Source: Eledone cirrhosa (lineage: Eukaryota). From it: a stretch of DNA of 64,000 bases. Below, in pieces: positions 43,713-54,613 of this stretch (positions within the stretch are counted from its first letter, which is position 1; each line of letters starts with the position of its first letter). The translations under genes were made by a program, and so were the position numbers. The notes under the pieces were generated by a model that was given only the letters and a program-made list of their open reading frames with translations, did no database searches and had not been told where the DNA came from. The stretch covers positions 5,146,001-5,210,000 of the forward strand of contig OZ024760.1 in assembly GCA_964016885.1 (NCBI GenBank), given 5' to 3'.

Positions 43713-43814
43713 CAGTTCTGGGCCATAAGGCATTGACAGCAATTCCATGAGATTGTAGTTCACCAGACATTCCCAGAACACACATTGACATACCATATTT
43801 GGCCATGGTGTATG
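43713..43814 (-). CDS. HSDL2: HSDL2 exon 5 (catalytic YxxxK)
   Basis: CTTCAG acceptor, GTAAG donor; AYTMAKYGMSMCVLGMSGELQSHGIAVNALWPRT; 102 nt; absent from the ORF track. Confidence 0.95.
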
Positions 43815-43895
43815 CTGAAGAAGAAGAAAGTATGAATGGTGGTTATGTGACTGGGAGGGGGTGTTGGGAGCAGGAGGAGGACAAGTGATCAGGTA

Positions 43896-44250
43896 AGACA
43901 TAGACAAAGTGGGGGAGACAGAGAGAGAGAGACACATAGACAGAGAGAGAGAGACATAGTTAGAGAGGGATACATACATAGAGAGAGAGAGAGAGAAACA
44001 TAGACAGAGTGGAAGAGAGAGAGGCAGACAGAGTGAGAGAGAGAGAGACATAGTTAGAGAGGGATACATAGAGAGGGAGAGAGAGAGGCAGACAGAGAGA
44101 GACACATAGACAGAGAGAGAGAGACATAGTTAGAGAGGGATACATAGAGAGGGAGAGAGAAACATAGACAGAGTGGGAGAGAGAGAGACACATGGACAGA
44201 GAGAGAGATTCACACACACACAAACAGAGAGTGAAAGAGACATAGAAATG
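43896..44250. repeat. (GA)-rich compound tandem repeat
   Basis: GAGACATAGTTAGAGAGGGATACATA recurs three times among (GA)n. Confidence 0.75.
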
Positions 44251-44916
44251 AGAGTGGGCAGAGCCAGATTTAATGGGGGGGGGGAATTGCCCTGGGGTAC
44301 CACCAGCGACGGCCAAAGCAACTTATTTGTGTCCTCTGCTGGACTTTTTAGTTTCATCACTTTGACAATGAGAACTATATTTTAAAAAAGAAGCATTTAA
44401 TGTCCTTACTGTGGCAAAATTCATCAAATTTTCTCAACTTTAGAGACATCAGTTGTTATCAGAATAATATTCTAATAAAAAGTATTTGACGTTGGTGTGT
44501 AAAATGGTTGTAGTGGCATTGCAAAAATAATATACCTAGTAAACACTCTAAAGTGGTTATGTTGCAAAGGCATCCAACCATAGAAACCATGCCAAATATG
44601 TAATGTATGAGCAAGGTGGGGTCACTCCGATATGTCTGGTCTCAGACTGTGACAACCTGTCCAACACATGACAGTGTGGAAATCGGGTTGGTTAAATTTT
44701 TTTTTTAATATAATACTAATGTGTATAACTTTTCGATTCCAATTACTTGCACCAGGAAAATTTGATATGTAAAACTGGGGGTTTGGTGTGTATTCTAATT
44801 TTTTGTGTGTGAGGGTCCCCCGAAACCTGAAGTGCCCCTGGTCACAATCACCACCACAACAACAACAACTACTACTACTACCAAAACAACAACAACAACA
44901 TAGTACCGACACTTAC

Positions 44917-45020
44917 CTACATGATTAGTAAACCAATGAGGCTTCATGTTTAGTGGAGGACTCAGATTCAATATGTGAGGATTTGAGGATTTCATCAAGT
45001 GAGGGATACAGGCTTGGGAG
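44917..45020 (-). CDS. HSDL2: HSDL2 exon 4
   Basis: TTTCTTTCAG acceptor, GTAAGT donor; (C)SQACIPHLMKSSNPHILNLSPPLNMKPHWFTNHV; 104 nt. Confidence 0.95.
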
Positions 45021-45530
45021 CTGAAAGAAAGTTAGGAATTAGAATTATATAGAGAGAAATAAAACAAATTGGAATCTTATATAAAGAGAAAAAAAGCTAG
45101 GAATTATGATTTTATATATATAAAGAAAACAAGGTTCTATTTGAACTTTGTTCCTTCTCATATTCTCCTGAAGAAATGCAGTTCAATGTATTATGTCTGG
45201 TGTTAATAATTGATAATTAATTATTTCCAATTGTTTACATATTGTATTGTAACTGAATTGAAACAGACGTAGAAATTAAAGAATGAATTTAAGTTGTTAA
45301 CCTTGGTCTTTTGTCATATTGAATATAGATTAGAGCAAACATCACAGGCGCTCTATCTCAAAATTATTTTTGAAAAGCATTAGAAATGCGCAACCGGTAA
45401 AAACTTAAAACCAAAACTGAATGCTAACCAATACTTATTACTAATTTTTACTTATTCCTAATTAAACTATTTTTCCCTGGGAACAATTTGTCAGCATTTT
45501 CTTTTCCTTTTACCAATATATATTTATAAT

Positions 45531-45870
45531 GGAGGCACATGGCTTAGTGGTTAGAGCATTGGCCTTCCAATCGAAAGGTTGTGAGTTCAATTCTCAGACC
45601 GGGTGATGTGTTGTTTCCTTGAGCAAGACACTTTATTTCACATTGCTCCAGTTTACTCAGCTGTAGAAATGAGACGATAGGGACTGGGGTCCCTATCATT
45701 CCACTGCAAAGTGGTCGTGGAGGTGCCACGGCAAAAAAGCACCCAGCACTCACTGTAAATGAGGTTGGTGTTAGGAAGGGCATCCAGCTGTAGAAATCAA
45801 GCCAGAATCAGTTCCCGTCCCACCCTTGCAAGCAGGGAAAAGCGAACGTAAAAATGATGATGATGATGAT
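45531..45870 (+). mobile_element. tRNA-headed SINE family 1, full length
   Basis: A box TGGCTTAGTGG 45540-45550, B box GAGTTCAATTC 45583-45593, central CCTTGAGCAAGACACTT domain, RTE-derived 3' part, (GAT)n tail. Confidence 0.88.
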
Positions 45871-46126
45871 ATACATATATATAGAGAGAGAGAGAGGCGT
45901 GTGGGAAAAGAGCAGGAGAAAGAGGGAGACAGAAAGAAAAGAGAGAAAGAGAACAAAAAAGGAGGGAGAGGGAGGAAGTTAGCAGGGGAATGAGAGGAGA
46001 GGAGAAAGCGAGAACGAGTAAAAGAGGGGAGATGGAGAGGGAGCAAAAAAGGGAGAGGAAAAAAAAGTTAGGAGAGAAAGAGAAAAGGGTTACTTGAGAG
46101 AGAGAGAGAAAGGGGGGAATACAAAC

Positions 46127-46340
46127 CAAAGATAAGTTCCTCTAGCATTGACACCCATCATAAGATCGTATCTCTTCATCGGTGTCTGTTGAGTTCCAGT
46201 AAGACTGATGGCACTAGCATTGTTCACTAAAATGTCAATACCACCAAACTTCTTGACCGTTTCATCAACGGCTCGCTGGACTTGCTCCTCATTACGGATG
46301 TCAACGATACATGCCAAACCTTTACCTCCTGCTTCTTCAA
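46127..46340 (-). CDS. HSDL2: HSDL2 exon 3
   Basis: TCCAG acceptor, GT donor; VEEAGGKGLACIVDIRNEEQV...FGGIDILVNNASAISLTGT...RYDLMMGVNARGTYL; 214 nt. Confidence 0.95.
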
Positions 46341-46516
46341 CTGGACATTGAGAGAAAGAAAGAGAGAGAGAGACAAACATAGAGAAACAGAGTTTAGATG
46401 ATGTTCGATATTGTAGTTCTTGGTAAAGTTGTTAGAGAATCAGATTATAAATGCCTCAATATATAGCTGTTATTTACTTTCTGTCATTATGTTGTGTATA
46501 TATATATATATATATA

Positions 46517-46792
46517 TCATCATCATCATCATTTAACGTCCATATTCCACGCTTGCATGGGTTTGGACGGGAGTTTTCCCAGTTGAGGCAAGAGTGGTTG
46601 TCTTGCTCGCATAGGACTGTCTGGCTGGTTTTCTACAGCTGGATGCTCTTCCTAACACCAACCACATTTACAGTGTGGAACTGGGAGGTTTTTACCGTGT
46701 TACCTACACGGCCACATTACAGCGTGGACTGTGTGTTTTTTTGTCGTGACACCTACACGACCTCATTTGTTTTGGCCTGGATGTTGTGGTAC

Positions 46793-46797
<5 letters not shown>
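46517..46797 (-). mobile_element. RTE 3'-UTR fragment with a single copy of the 112-bp unit
   Basis: Matches 57498-57790. Confidence 0.8.
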
Positions 46798-46840
<43 letters not shown>

Positions 46841-46912
46841 CAAAGGAAATGTGGTAAGGAACCAGATGGACCATAACGCACTAAAGTACTCAATAGGGTA
46901 GTAGAGTGGGTA

Positions 46913-47023
46913 ATAGGAACAAGTATGACCGCGACGGCAGAGCTCAAGCCGTTTCGACGGCTAATTCAGTCCAGAATTAGCCGTCGAAACGGCTTGAGCT
47001 CTGCCATTGGGGTCATACTTGTT

Positions 47024-47028
<5 letters not shown>
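46913..47028. repeat. Fold-back palindrome of hammerhead family D (3' half only)
   Basis: Inverted arms each carry AGCCGTC-GAAA-CGGC ttgagctct GCC; same family at 52118-52237. Confidence 0.7.
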
Positions 47029-47077
<49 letters not shown>

Positions 47078-47499
47078 CATGCTAGCGTGGAAGATGGACG
47101 TTAAACGATGATGATGATATATATATAGGAAGGGCATCCAGCCATAGAAAACCTGCCAGATAGTCCTATACAAGCGAGACACGGTCACCTGACCAATCTT
47201 GCCTCAAATGGGACAATTCCCGTCTAACCCATGCTAACGTGGAAGATAGACGTTAAACGATGATGATGATGATGATATATATTTGTTTTTGCAAGGTTTT
47301 TGATATGAAATCGTGTGTTGAAACAAATATTGTTATATTTGGGGAGGGTGATATTGTTATAATATTGCCAGAAATAATAATAAAACACACTCACTGTTTG
47401 GTTTGGGTTGGTTTTCGCTTCTGTATCTTTTATATCTCCATAGTTAATTTATCTGGCAATCAATGTTTATCATTGATTGACCAATGGTTAAAAATACAG

Positions 47500-47541
<42 letters not shown>

Positions 47542-47681
47542 ATACTTTGGGAGGGTCATGTTGCCAATAAGAAACACACGCACCAGTTGCTTTCACTTCA
47601 ATTTATTATAAATTAAATTTATAAATTTATAAATTTCCGGTTGGTTGGTTGGTTCCACAACCAGACGATTGTTCATATATT

Positions 47682-47724
47682 GTCAAAGTTCTTTCGTCAC
47701 ACATTCTGTGACCTCTTCAGTGAC
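47682..47724 (-). ncRNA. Type-I hammerhead motif, family E, inside element 47535-47818 with ~52-bp inverted ends
   Basis: gtca-CTGAAGA-g-GTCACA gaatg TGTGAC-GAAA-gaac-TT-tgac. Confidence 0.55.
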
Positions 47725-48013
47725 TGATGATTCTTTTCTTCTTTGTTTTTGTGCCTCTCCTTTGTTCTGGTGCGTGTGTTTCTTATTGGCAACATGACCC
47801 TCCCAAAGTATAACAATATCGGTTTCAACACACGTTTTCAGATAAAGAATCTTGCTAAACAAATTCAGAAACGAAATATATATATATATAGTCTATCATT
47901 ACATATATATATATATAATAGTAGAACACTGGTGGGTTATGTCCATAGTAGTAGAGCACTCAGTCCATGGGACGAGTTTGGTAGAAGCAGTTCCATAACA
48001 GTTGGTTCACCAT

Positions 48014-48056
48014 ACCGAGAACAATTGTTTCACCTTATTTGGATCCTCAGCTCGGT
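48014..48056 (-). ncRNA. Minimal type-I hammerhead, family C (left arm of palindrome)
   Basis: ACCGAG-CTGAGGA-tCCaaataaGGt-GAAA-CAATTG-TT-CTCGGT; perfect 6-bp stem I. Confidence 0.7.
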
Positions 48057-48066
48057 CTAAATTTAG

Positions 48067-48109
48067 ACCGAGCTGAGGATCCAAATAAGGTGAAACAATT
48101 GTTCTCGGT
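48067..48109 (+). ncRNA. Minimal type-I hammerhead, family C (right arm of palindrome)
   Basis: Identical motif on the + strand. Confidence 0.7.
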
Positions 48110-48139
48110 ATGGTGAACTAACTGTTATGGAACTGCTTC

Positions 48140-48170
<31 letters not shown>

Positions 48171-48498
48171 TAGGGTGTGGTAAAAACCAGCTAGATCATA
48201 ACCCACCAAAGTACTCAATACTTGGGGTAGTAGAGTGGGTAATATGAAAAGATTCAGGACCTCGACGGCTGAGCCCCTGCTGTTGAAACGGCCAGAGCTC
48301 ATGGTCTAGCTGGTTTTCATATATATGTGTGTGTGTGTGTGTCTGTCTGTGCAGTGAGTGTGTGCATTGTGATGTGTGTGTGTGTGTATGTACATGTGTG
48401 TCTATGAATGTGTGTGCAGATGTGCATGTGTGTGATTGTGTGTCAGTGTGTGCATGTGTGAGCGTGAAAGTCTGTGTGTGTGTGTGTGGAGGTGTTAC

Positions 48499-48662
48499 CT
48501 TCTTTTGCTGCAGTGTAGATGGTTCCTGGAAGTTTGGGATGTGGGTCTACAGTTTTGGCAGCAATAACAACATTGGCGCCATCTCGGGCAGCTTTCAGTG
48601 CAATGTATTTACCGATTCCTCGACTAGCACCAGTAATGAACAGCGTCTTCCCAGCAAGTTTC
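48499..48662 (-). CDS. HSDL2: HSDL2 exon 2 (Rossmann TGxxxGIG motif)
   Basis: CCAG acceptor, GTAAC donor; KLAGKTLFITGASRGIGKYIALKAARDGANVVIAAKTVDPHPKLPGTIYTAAKE; 164 nt. Confidence 0.96.
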
Positions 48663-48685
48663 CTGGATTAGGGGCAGAAACAGAG

Positions 48686-48726
<41 letters not shown>

Positions 48727-48733
48727 ATTAACA

Positions 48734-48912
48734 TTGGCAGTATCGGTAGAGGGTCACACACCATGCTTTGAAGCATAGAGTTACGTCCCTTTACGATCTG
48801 AGTTCAAATCTCCCGCCGAGGTTGACTTTGCCTTTCATCCTTACGGGGTCGATAAAATAAAGTACCAGTAATGCACTGGGTAATTGCTGGCCTTGTGCCT
48901 AAAGTAGAAACA
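48734..48912 (+). mobile_element. SINE family 2
   Basis: Matches 32850-33030. Confidence 0.8.
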
Positions 48913-49059
48913 ATTATTATTATTAACAACAACACTAGTAGAGACTGGGAGGGATTCAATGTGGGTGATAAAATGTGGAGATTTCAGGGAATAAATATTT
49001 CAAAAGTCACCTCCACGACACACATTCTTTTATGCTTTTACTAGTTCCATTCCCCTGAC

Positions 49060-49452
49060 TGTGGCCATTATGGAGAGAAATGACGCAAGCATGCTCCGTT
49101 GGATGTGCAATGTCAATCAATGTGCGTGAACGACCAAGCATAGATGACTTGAGAGTGAACCACCTGTGTATAAGAGGGATAAGCTGTAGTGTGCGGGAGA
49201 GAAGACTGCATTGAGCATGGAGGATGACCACTGGGTAAAGAAGTGCCAAGAAATCCCAGTAGAAGGAAGACGCAGTAGAGGAAGACCACGTAAAACATGG
49301 GCGGAGGTGGTGAGAGCGGACCTCAGATCGCTGAAGCTCACGGAGGAGATGACGAAGTACCGTGACGAATGGAGAGATGCTGTGCTGAATAGGATCCGTC
49401 CCACTCTTGCAAGCAGGGAAAAGCGGACGTAAAATGATGATGATGATGATGA
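49060..49452 (+). mobile_element. RTE LINE 3' fragment (decayed ORF end plus short tail)
   Basis: MERNDASMLRWMCNV...VEGRRSRGRPRKTWAEVVRADL...WRDAVL; (GAT)n tail. Confidence 0.85.
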
Positions 49453-49548
49453 TATATATATCAGACCTTAACGGTTCAAGTACCAAACAGAACTTGAACT
49501 GCTAAGGTCTGATTCCTGGGTATGTCACTATTTATGAAACAAACTTTG

Positions 49549-49609
49549 TATTTTATCTGATGAGAGCGTACCAAAGTTTTGGTACCCTTGAAATATATAT
49601 AATAGAATA
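49549..49609 (+). ncRNA. Type-I hammerhead motif, family A
   Basis: tattttat-CTGATGA-stem II-GAAA-TATATA-TA-atagaata; 8-bp stem I. Confidence 0.78.
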
Positions 49610-49798
49610 AATATGGTTTTATAAATATAGTTTCCATTTATTAATATCATTGATATATATATATATATGTGTGTGTGTGTGTTTGTAGCCACTGGTCTGT
49701 ATCTGTTAATAATATTGCTTTACTATGGTTTTGTAAGAATTCATGTTAAAAACTGGGACATCTCACACACACACATATGCATATATATATATATATAT

Positions 49799-50285
49799 AT
49801 CATCATCATCATCATCATCATCACCGTTTTACGTCCGTTCTTCCACGCTAGCATGGGTTAGACGGGTTGTCCTGTTGTGTGCAGTGTCTGGTCGGCTGAC
49901 CATGCCTTGCTCATACAGGAACTGATCTGGCTTGATTTCTACAGCTGGATGCCCTTCCTAACACCAACCTCATTTACAGTGTGGGCTGGGTGCTTTTTTG
50001 CCGTGGCACCTCCACGACCACCTTGCGGTGGGGGGTGTGGGGGCATATTGTTTATATGCTTCAGCATGTACCCATGGGAGGTCGGGTACTCTGTATTACT
50101 GCGTGACGCCAGAAGTCACGGTTGTGTGTCATTGACTTTGAGAGGTGTAATTGGGTAAGGTCGGCTTTTATCACCTCATCCCAGGTCATCTTGGGTCTCC
50201 CCACTCCGCGGTTTCCATCAACTTCTAGTGCTCTGCACCTTTTTATGCAGCTGTCATCCTTCATACGCATCACATGTCCATACCA
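49799..50285 (-). mobile_element. RTE LINE 3' fragment with 3' UTR and (GAT)n tail
   Basis: WYGHVMRMKDDSCIKRC...GRPKMTWDEVIKADL. Confidence 0.85.
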
Positions 50286-50478
50286 GTACCATGACGAATG
50301 GAGAGATGCTGTGCTGAATAGGATCCGTCCACTCTTGCAAGCAGGGAAAAACGGACGTAAAATGATGATGATGATGATGATATATATATATCAGACTTTA
50401 ACGGTTCAAGTACCAAACAGAACTTAAACCGTTAAGGTCTGATTCCTGGGTATGTCACTATTTATGAAACAAACTTTG

Positions 50479-50541
50479 TATTTTATCTGATGAGAGCGTA
50501 CCAAAGTTTTGGTACCCTTGAAATATATATATAATAGAATA
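50479..50541 (+). ncRNA. Type-I hammerhead motif, family A (locally duplicated copy)
   Basis: As 49549-49609 with one extra TA in the stem III loop. Confidence 0.75.
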
Positions 50542-50567
50542 AATATGGTTTTATAAATATAGTTTCC

Positions 50568-50608
<41 letters not shown>

Positions 50609-50611
50609 TGA

Positions 50612-50660
50612 GATTCTACAGGACTAGAACTGTTTCATTCTTCAGAAATCATCAGGAATC
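50612..50660 (-). ncRNA. Type-I hammerhead motif, family B
   Basis: GATTC-CTGATGA-tTTCtgaaGAAt-GAAA-CAG ttctagtc CTG-TA-GAATC. Confidence 0.65.
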
Positions 50661-50909
50661 TGATTTCTGAAGAATGAAACAGTTCTAGTCCTGTAGAATT
50701 TCATCTATATTAAAACCTTTATACTCTGCTATGTATTGAGTACCTTACTTACTGTGGTTACCTCCGATTCAACCCGGAATAACGTATATATATATATATA
50801 TATATATGAATACTTATAGTAAAGCAATTATATTATAAACAGATAACATACAATATATATATATGTGTGTGAGTGTGTATATATATATATATATATATAT
50901 AAGTATGTA

Positions 50910-50956
<47 letters not shown>

Positions 50957-51039
50957 GTTATTCCGGGTTGAATCGGAGGTAACCACAGTAAGTAAGGTAC
51001 TCAATACATTGCAGAGTATAAAAGTTTTAATATAGATGA

Positions 51040-51085
51040 GATTCTACAGGACTAGAACTGTTTCATTCCTTAGAAATCATCAGGA

Positions 51086-51088
<3 letters not shown>
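51040..51088 (-). ncRNA. Type-I hammerhead motif, family B
   Basis: Same fold; stem II loop taag. Confidence 0.65.
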
Positions 51089-51135
<47 letters not shown>

Positions 51136-51176
51136 TATGTATGTGTGTGTATATATATATATATATATATAAGTAT

Positions 51177-51232
<56 letters not shown>

Positions 51233-51609
51233 TCCCTTCTAGATACAGGCATGCTGTCCCAGATTTTGACCTACATCCATAGTTATGAAACTATAGTAAA
51301 CAACAACATAACTAATAGCTGATAAGAGAATACTGACTATCAACACTTACACACATACATATATACATAAACACACACATGGTGAGGGTAGGGTCTTTAG
51401 TGTGTATATGCATATATATATATATATATATATATAGTAATAAGAATATTTATATATGTTTAATACAATTATAAATATGGAGGGCAGTACTAAGTACAAG
51501 CCGGTTACCGGTATGACAAAAGGCTCAATGCAAATTATCAAGTGTTTTACAGAGCCGAGATACAAAGTGTTAAAACAATCAAATTTTACATATATATATA
51601 TATATATAC

Positions 51610-51651
<42 letters not shown>

Positions 51652-51676
51652 GGGTGTGTATATGTATACACACATA

Positions 51677-52016
51677 CATCATCATCATCATCATTTTACG
51701 TCCACTTTTCCCTGCTTGCAAGGGTGGGACGGGAACTGATTCTGGCTTGATCTCTACAGCTGGATGCCCTTCCTAACACCAACCTCATTTACAGTGAGTG
51801 CTGGGTGCTTTTTTGCTGTGGCACCTCCACAACCACTTTGCAGTGGAATGATAGGGACCCCAGTCCCTATCATCTCATTTCTACAGCTGAGTAAACTGGA
51901 GCAATGTGAAATAAAGTGTCTTGCTCAAGGAAACAACACATCACCCGGTCTGAGAATTGAACTCACAACCTTTCGATTGCAAGGCCAATGCTCTAACCAC
52001 TAAGCCATGTGCCTCC
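51677..52016 (-). mobile_element. tRNA-headed SINE family 1, full length
   Basis: Reverse complement of 45531-45870. Confidence 0.88.
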
Positions 52017-52117
52017 ATTAATATATATAATATATATATAATGAAGGAGTTGTGGTAAAGAACCAGATGGACCATAATGCACCAGAGTACTCAATACTTA
52101 GGGTAGTAGAGTGGGTA

Positions 52118-52237
52118 ATAGGAAAATGTATGACCCCGACGGCAGAGCTCAAGCCGTTCAACGGCTATTTCTATATAGTCCAGAAATAGCCGTCGAAACG
52201 GCTTGAGCTCTGCCGTCGGGGTCATACATTTTCCTAT
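52118..52237. repeat. Fold-back palindrome of hammerhead family D
   Basis: Right arm AGCCGTC-GAAA-CGGC ttgagctct GCCG-TC-ggggtc; axis inside the putative stem II. Confidence 0.7.
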
Positions 52238-52366
52238 AATATATATATATATACATATATGTATGTGTGTATACATATACACATATATATATATACACAC
52301 ACATACATGTATGTATGTATGTATGTATGTATGTATGTATGTATGTATGTATGTGTGTGTGTGTAT

Positions 52367-52430
<64 letters not shown>

Positions 52431-53025
52431 GTCAGGTCACCAGTTGGTGCTACTGGTAACATGTATTCCAGTACAACCTGTCCCATGGTCGGGTCGTTGG
52501 CGACTAAACTGGCAACCCCACCAAGGTTTCTTGGTGAGGAGGGTGACTTTGGACATCCTTTAGGACTAAAAACAAAACCTGTCAAAGGGCAGAGGAGCTC
52601 TTAAGAGTCAATGGCCATCCAAAATCACCAGGAGAGATGACCCCTTAGCCTTTGTCAAGGCAGAATTCTAGGAGAGGGAAAACTCTGATAAAACACCTGC
52701 AACCCTGATGGTATCCAATGATGTTGACTTGTTCTTCTTTTTGGTAAATATCATCTTGGTTAAGAGAGTGGGACTGGCTTGGTGCAGTGCCTTTGCTCAC
52801 TATAAAAGCTTCACGGCACAGGCATTGCTTTATATCTGGAGATCTCTCTGCACTTGTCGTCATATGGTACCATGGGCCCAGCACTATGTGTCAATAATTG
52901 TCACAAGTCAGAGTTTTCAAATCGCTGGCTGGACTAAAAAGTCACACTCGTTCAGCGCATCGGTAGAGGTTCTCCTACATGGATATAAAGTAGTGGCCGT
53001 ACTCGAAAACGAGTTGGCAGCCACC
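52431..53025 (+). mobile_element. ~600-bp non-autonomous RTE-like mini-element, copy 3, in (TA)n
   Basis: Reverse complement of 23769-24374 with the same termini. Confidence 0.7.
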
Positions 53026-53355
53026 ATATATATATATATATATAGTTACAACAGTAACATATACAGGTAGTTAAGTTTTGTTGGGTTCTGGGCCCCAACT
53101 CATTCAGCCTGTTATAACAAAACTTAAAAACCTATATATATCACTGTTGTAACTATCCATACTAAACTTGTTCTATGGGCTGAGTGCTCTTACCCTTGGA
53201 TATTTCTACCAAACTTTTACTATATATATATATATATATAATATATAATATATAATATATATATATATATATATAACTAACAAATCAACTTTTTAAATGG
53301 AAGTTGAAGTTGTAAGGTATGTCAAATCTATCTATTTATAAGACTGTTTATATTG

Positions 53356-53421
53356 TATTTTGTCTGAAGAAGGCATACCATATTTTTAATATGATATCTC
53401 TGAAATATATATAGTGAAATA
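53356..53421 (+). ncRNA. Diverged hammerhead motif, family A-related
   Basis: tattttgt-CTGAAGA-imperfect stem II with CATATT/AATATG-GAAA-TATATA-TA-gtgaaata; same downstream AATAAATATGGTTTTATAAA as family A. Confidence 0.55.
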
Positions 53422-53620
53422 AATATGGTTTTATAAACATAGTTTCCATTTATTTAATATCGTAAACATACTCCAAATACTTGTTGAGTGCTTTTATATC
53501 AGTTATAAATATTTACTCGTTGTAACCCAACAATTTAAATAAAACTTATATATATATATTTATATATATATATATATATGTTTTCGTTAAGTGAATAATA
53601 ATAATATCATAATAATTTTT

Positions 53621-53770
53621 TTTCTACTCTTGGAACAAGGCTAGCAATTACCCCAGTGCATTACTGGTGTTTTATGTTATCTACCACACCGTAAGGATGA
53701 AAGGCAAAGTTAACCTCGGCGGGAATTTAACTCAGAACGCCAAGGGCCATAACTCTATGCTGCAAAGCAT
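53621..53770 (-). mobile_element. SINE family 2, partial
   Basis: Core and 3' end of family 2. Confidence 0.65.
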
Positions 53771-54316
53771 GAATAATAAAATAATATTATTAATATTCGG
53801 TTTGTTTGCAAGTAAACAGCCTCATAAACACCACGAGGTAAATGACAACATCATCCTTTTGTTCCAATGGTAGCTGAGAGAAAACAATCGACAATTGTTT
53901 CTGAGTATCTTGCTCCTTGTCAAGATTGCGTATTCTCTCGGCTCTGCTACCCACTGGAACTGCTGAGAATACATAGTATTCTCAAATGTATACATCGGCT
54001 GATGAGCCTCATTTGCACACACTGGTTGAATGCCCTTCCTATCTCCAGCACCACTTTACAGCATGGACTGGGTGCTTTTATTCATGCCACCAGCACTAGA
54101 GAGGTTGTCTTACTTGTCTCACTCGCTTTACGCGTTTCAATTGTCCCAATAACTTATTTTAGTTATTGTCGCACCAACGTGAGGTATATGATTTTTAATG
54201 CGATGAAATACCAATGATCGTTGGCAAATCACTGATGAGGGACTCATTTTATAACATGTAATCCATGTGCAACTATGCAGTATTCTTCTCTCTATATATA
54301 AATATATATATATATA

Positions 54317-54600
54317 TCATCATCATCACCGTTTTACGTCCGTTCTTCCATGCTAGCATGGGTTAGATGGGTTGTCCTGTTGTGGGCAGTGTCTGGTCAG
54401 CTGACCATGCCTTGCTCATACAGGAACTGATTTTGGCTTGATTTCTACAGCTGGATGCCCTTCCTAACACCAACCTCATTTACAGTGAGTGCTGGGTGCT
54501 TTTTCCGTGGCACCTACACGTCCACTTTACAGTGTGGGCTGGGTGCTTTTTTGCCGTGACACCTCCACAACCACCTTGCAGTGGGAGGGTGTGGGGGCAT
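54317..54600 (-). mobile_element. RTE 3'-UTR fragment (family of 49799-50285)
   Basis: Matches 49800-50045. Confidence 0.75.
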
Positions 54601-54613
54601 TTATATATATATG

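Noticed and set aside
45531-45605. tRNA gene
   Set aside because: A and B boxes are present but there is no convincing acceptor stem, and it continues into a SINE body in three copies
52431-52580. Canonical HDV-like ribozyme in the mini-element 5' end
   Set aside because: P1/P2/P4/CTAA-like topology can be drawn, but the L3 consensus and P1.1 do not fit; kept only as an unassigned structured candidate
53995-54290. CTGATGA at ~53999 and ~54232, and GAAACGCGTA on the minus strand, as hammerheads
   Set aside because: Could not complete the stems with both core strands; at most decayed remnants
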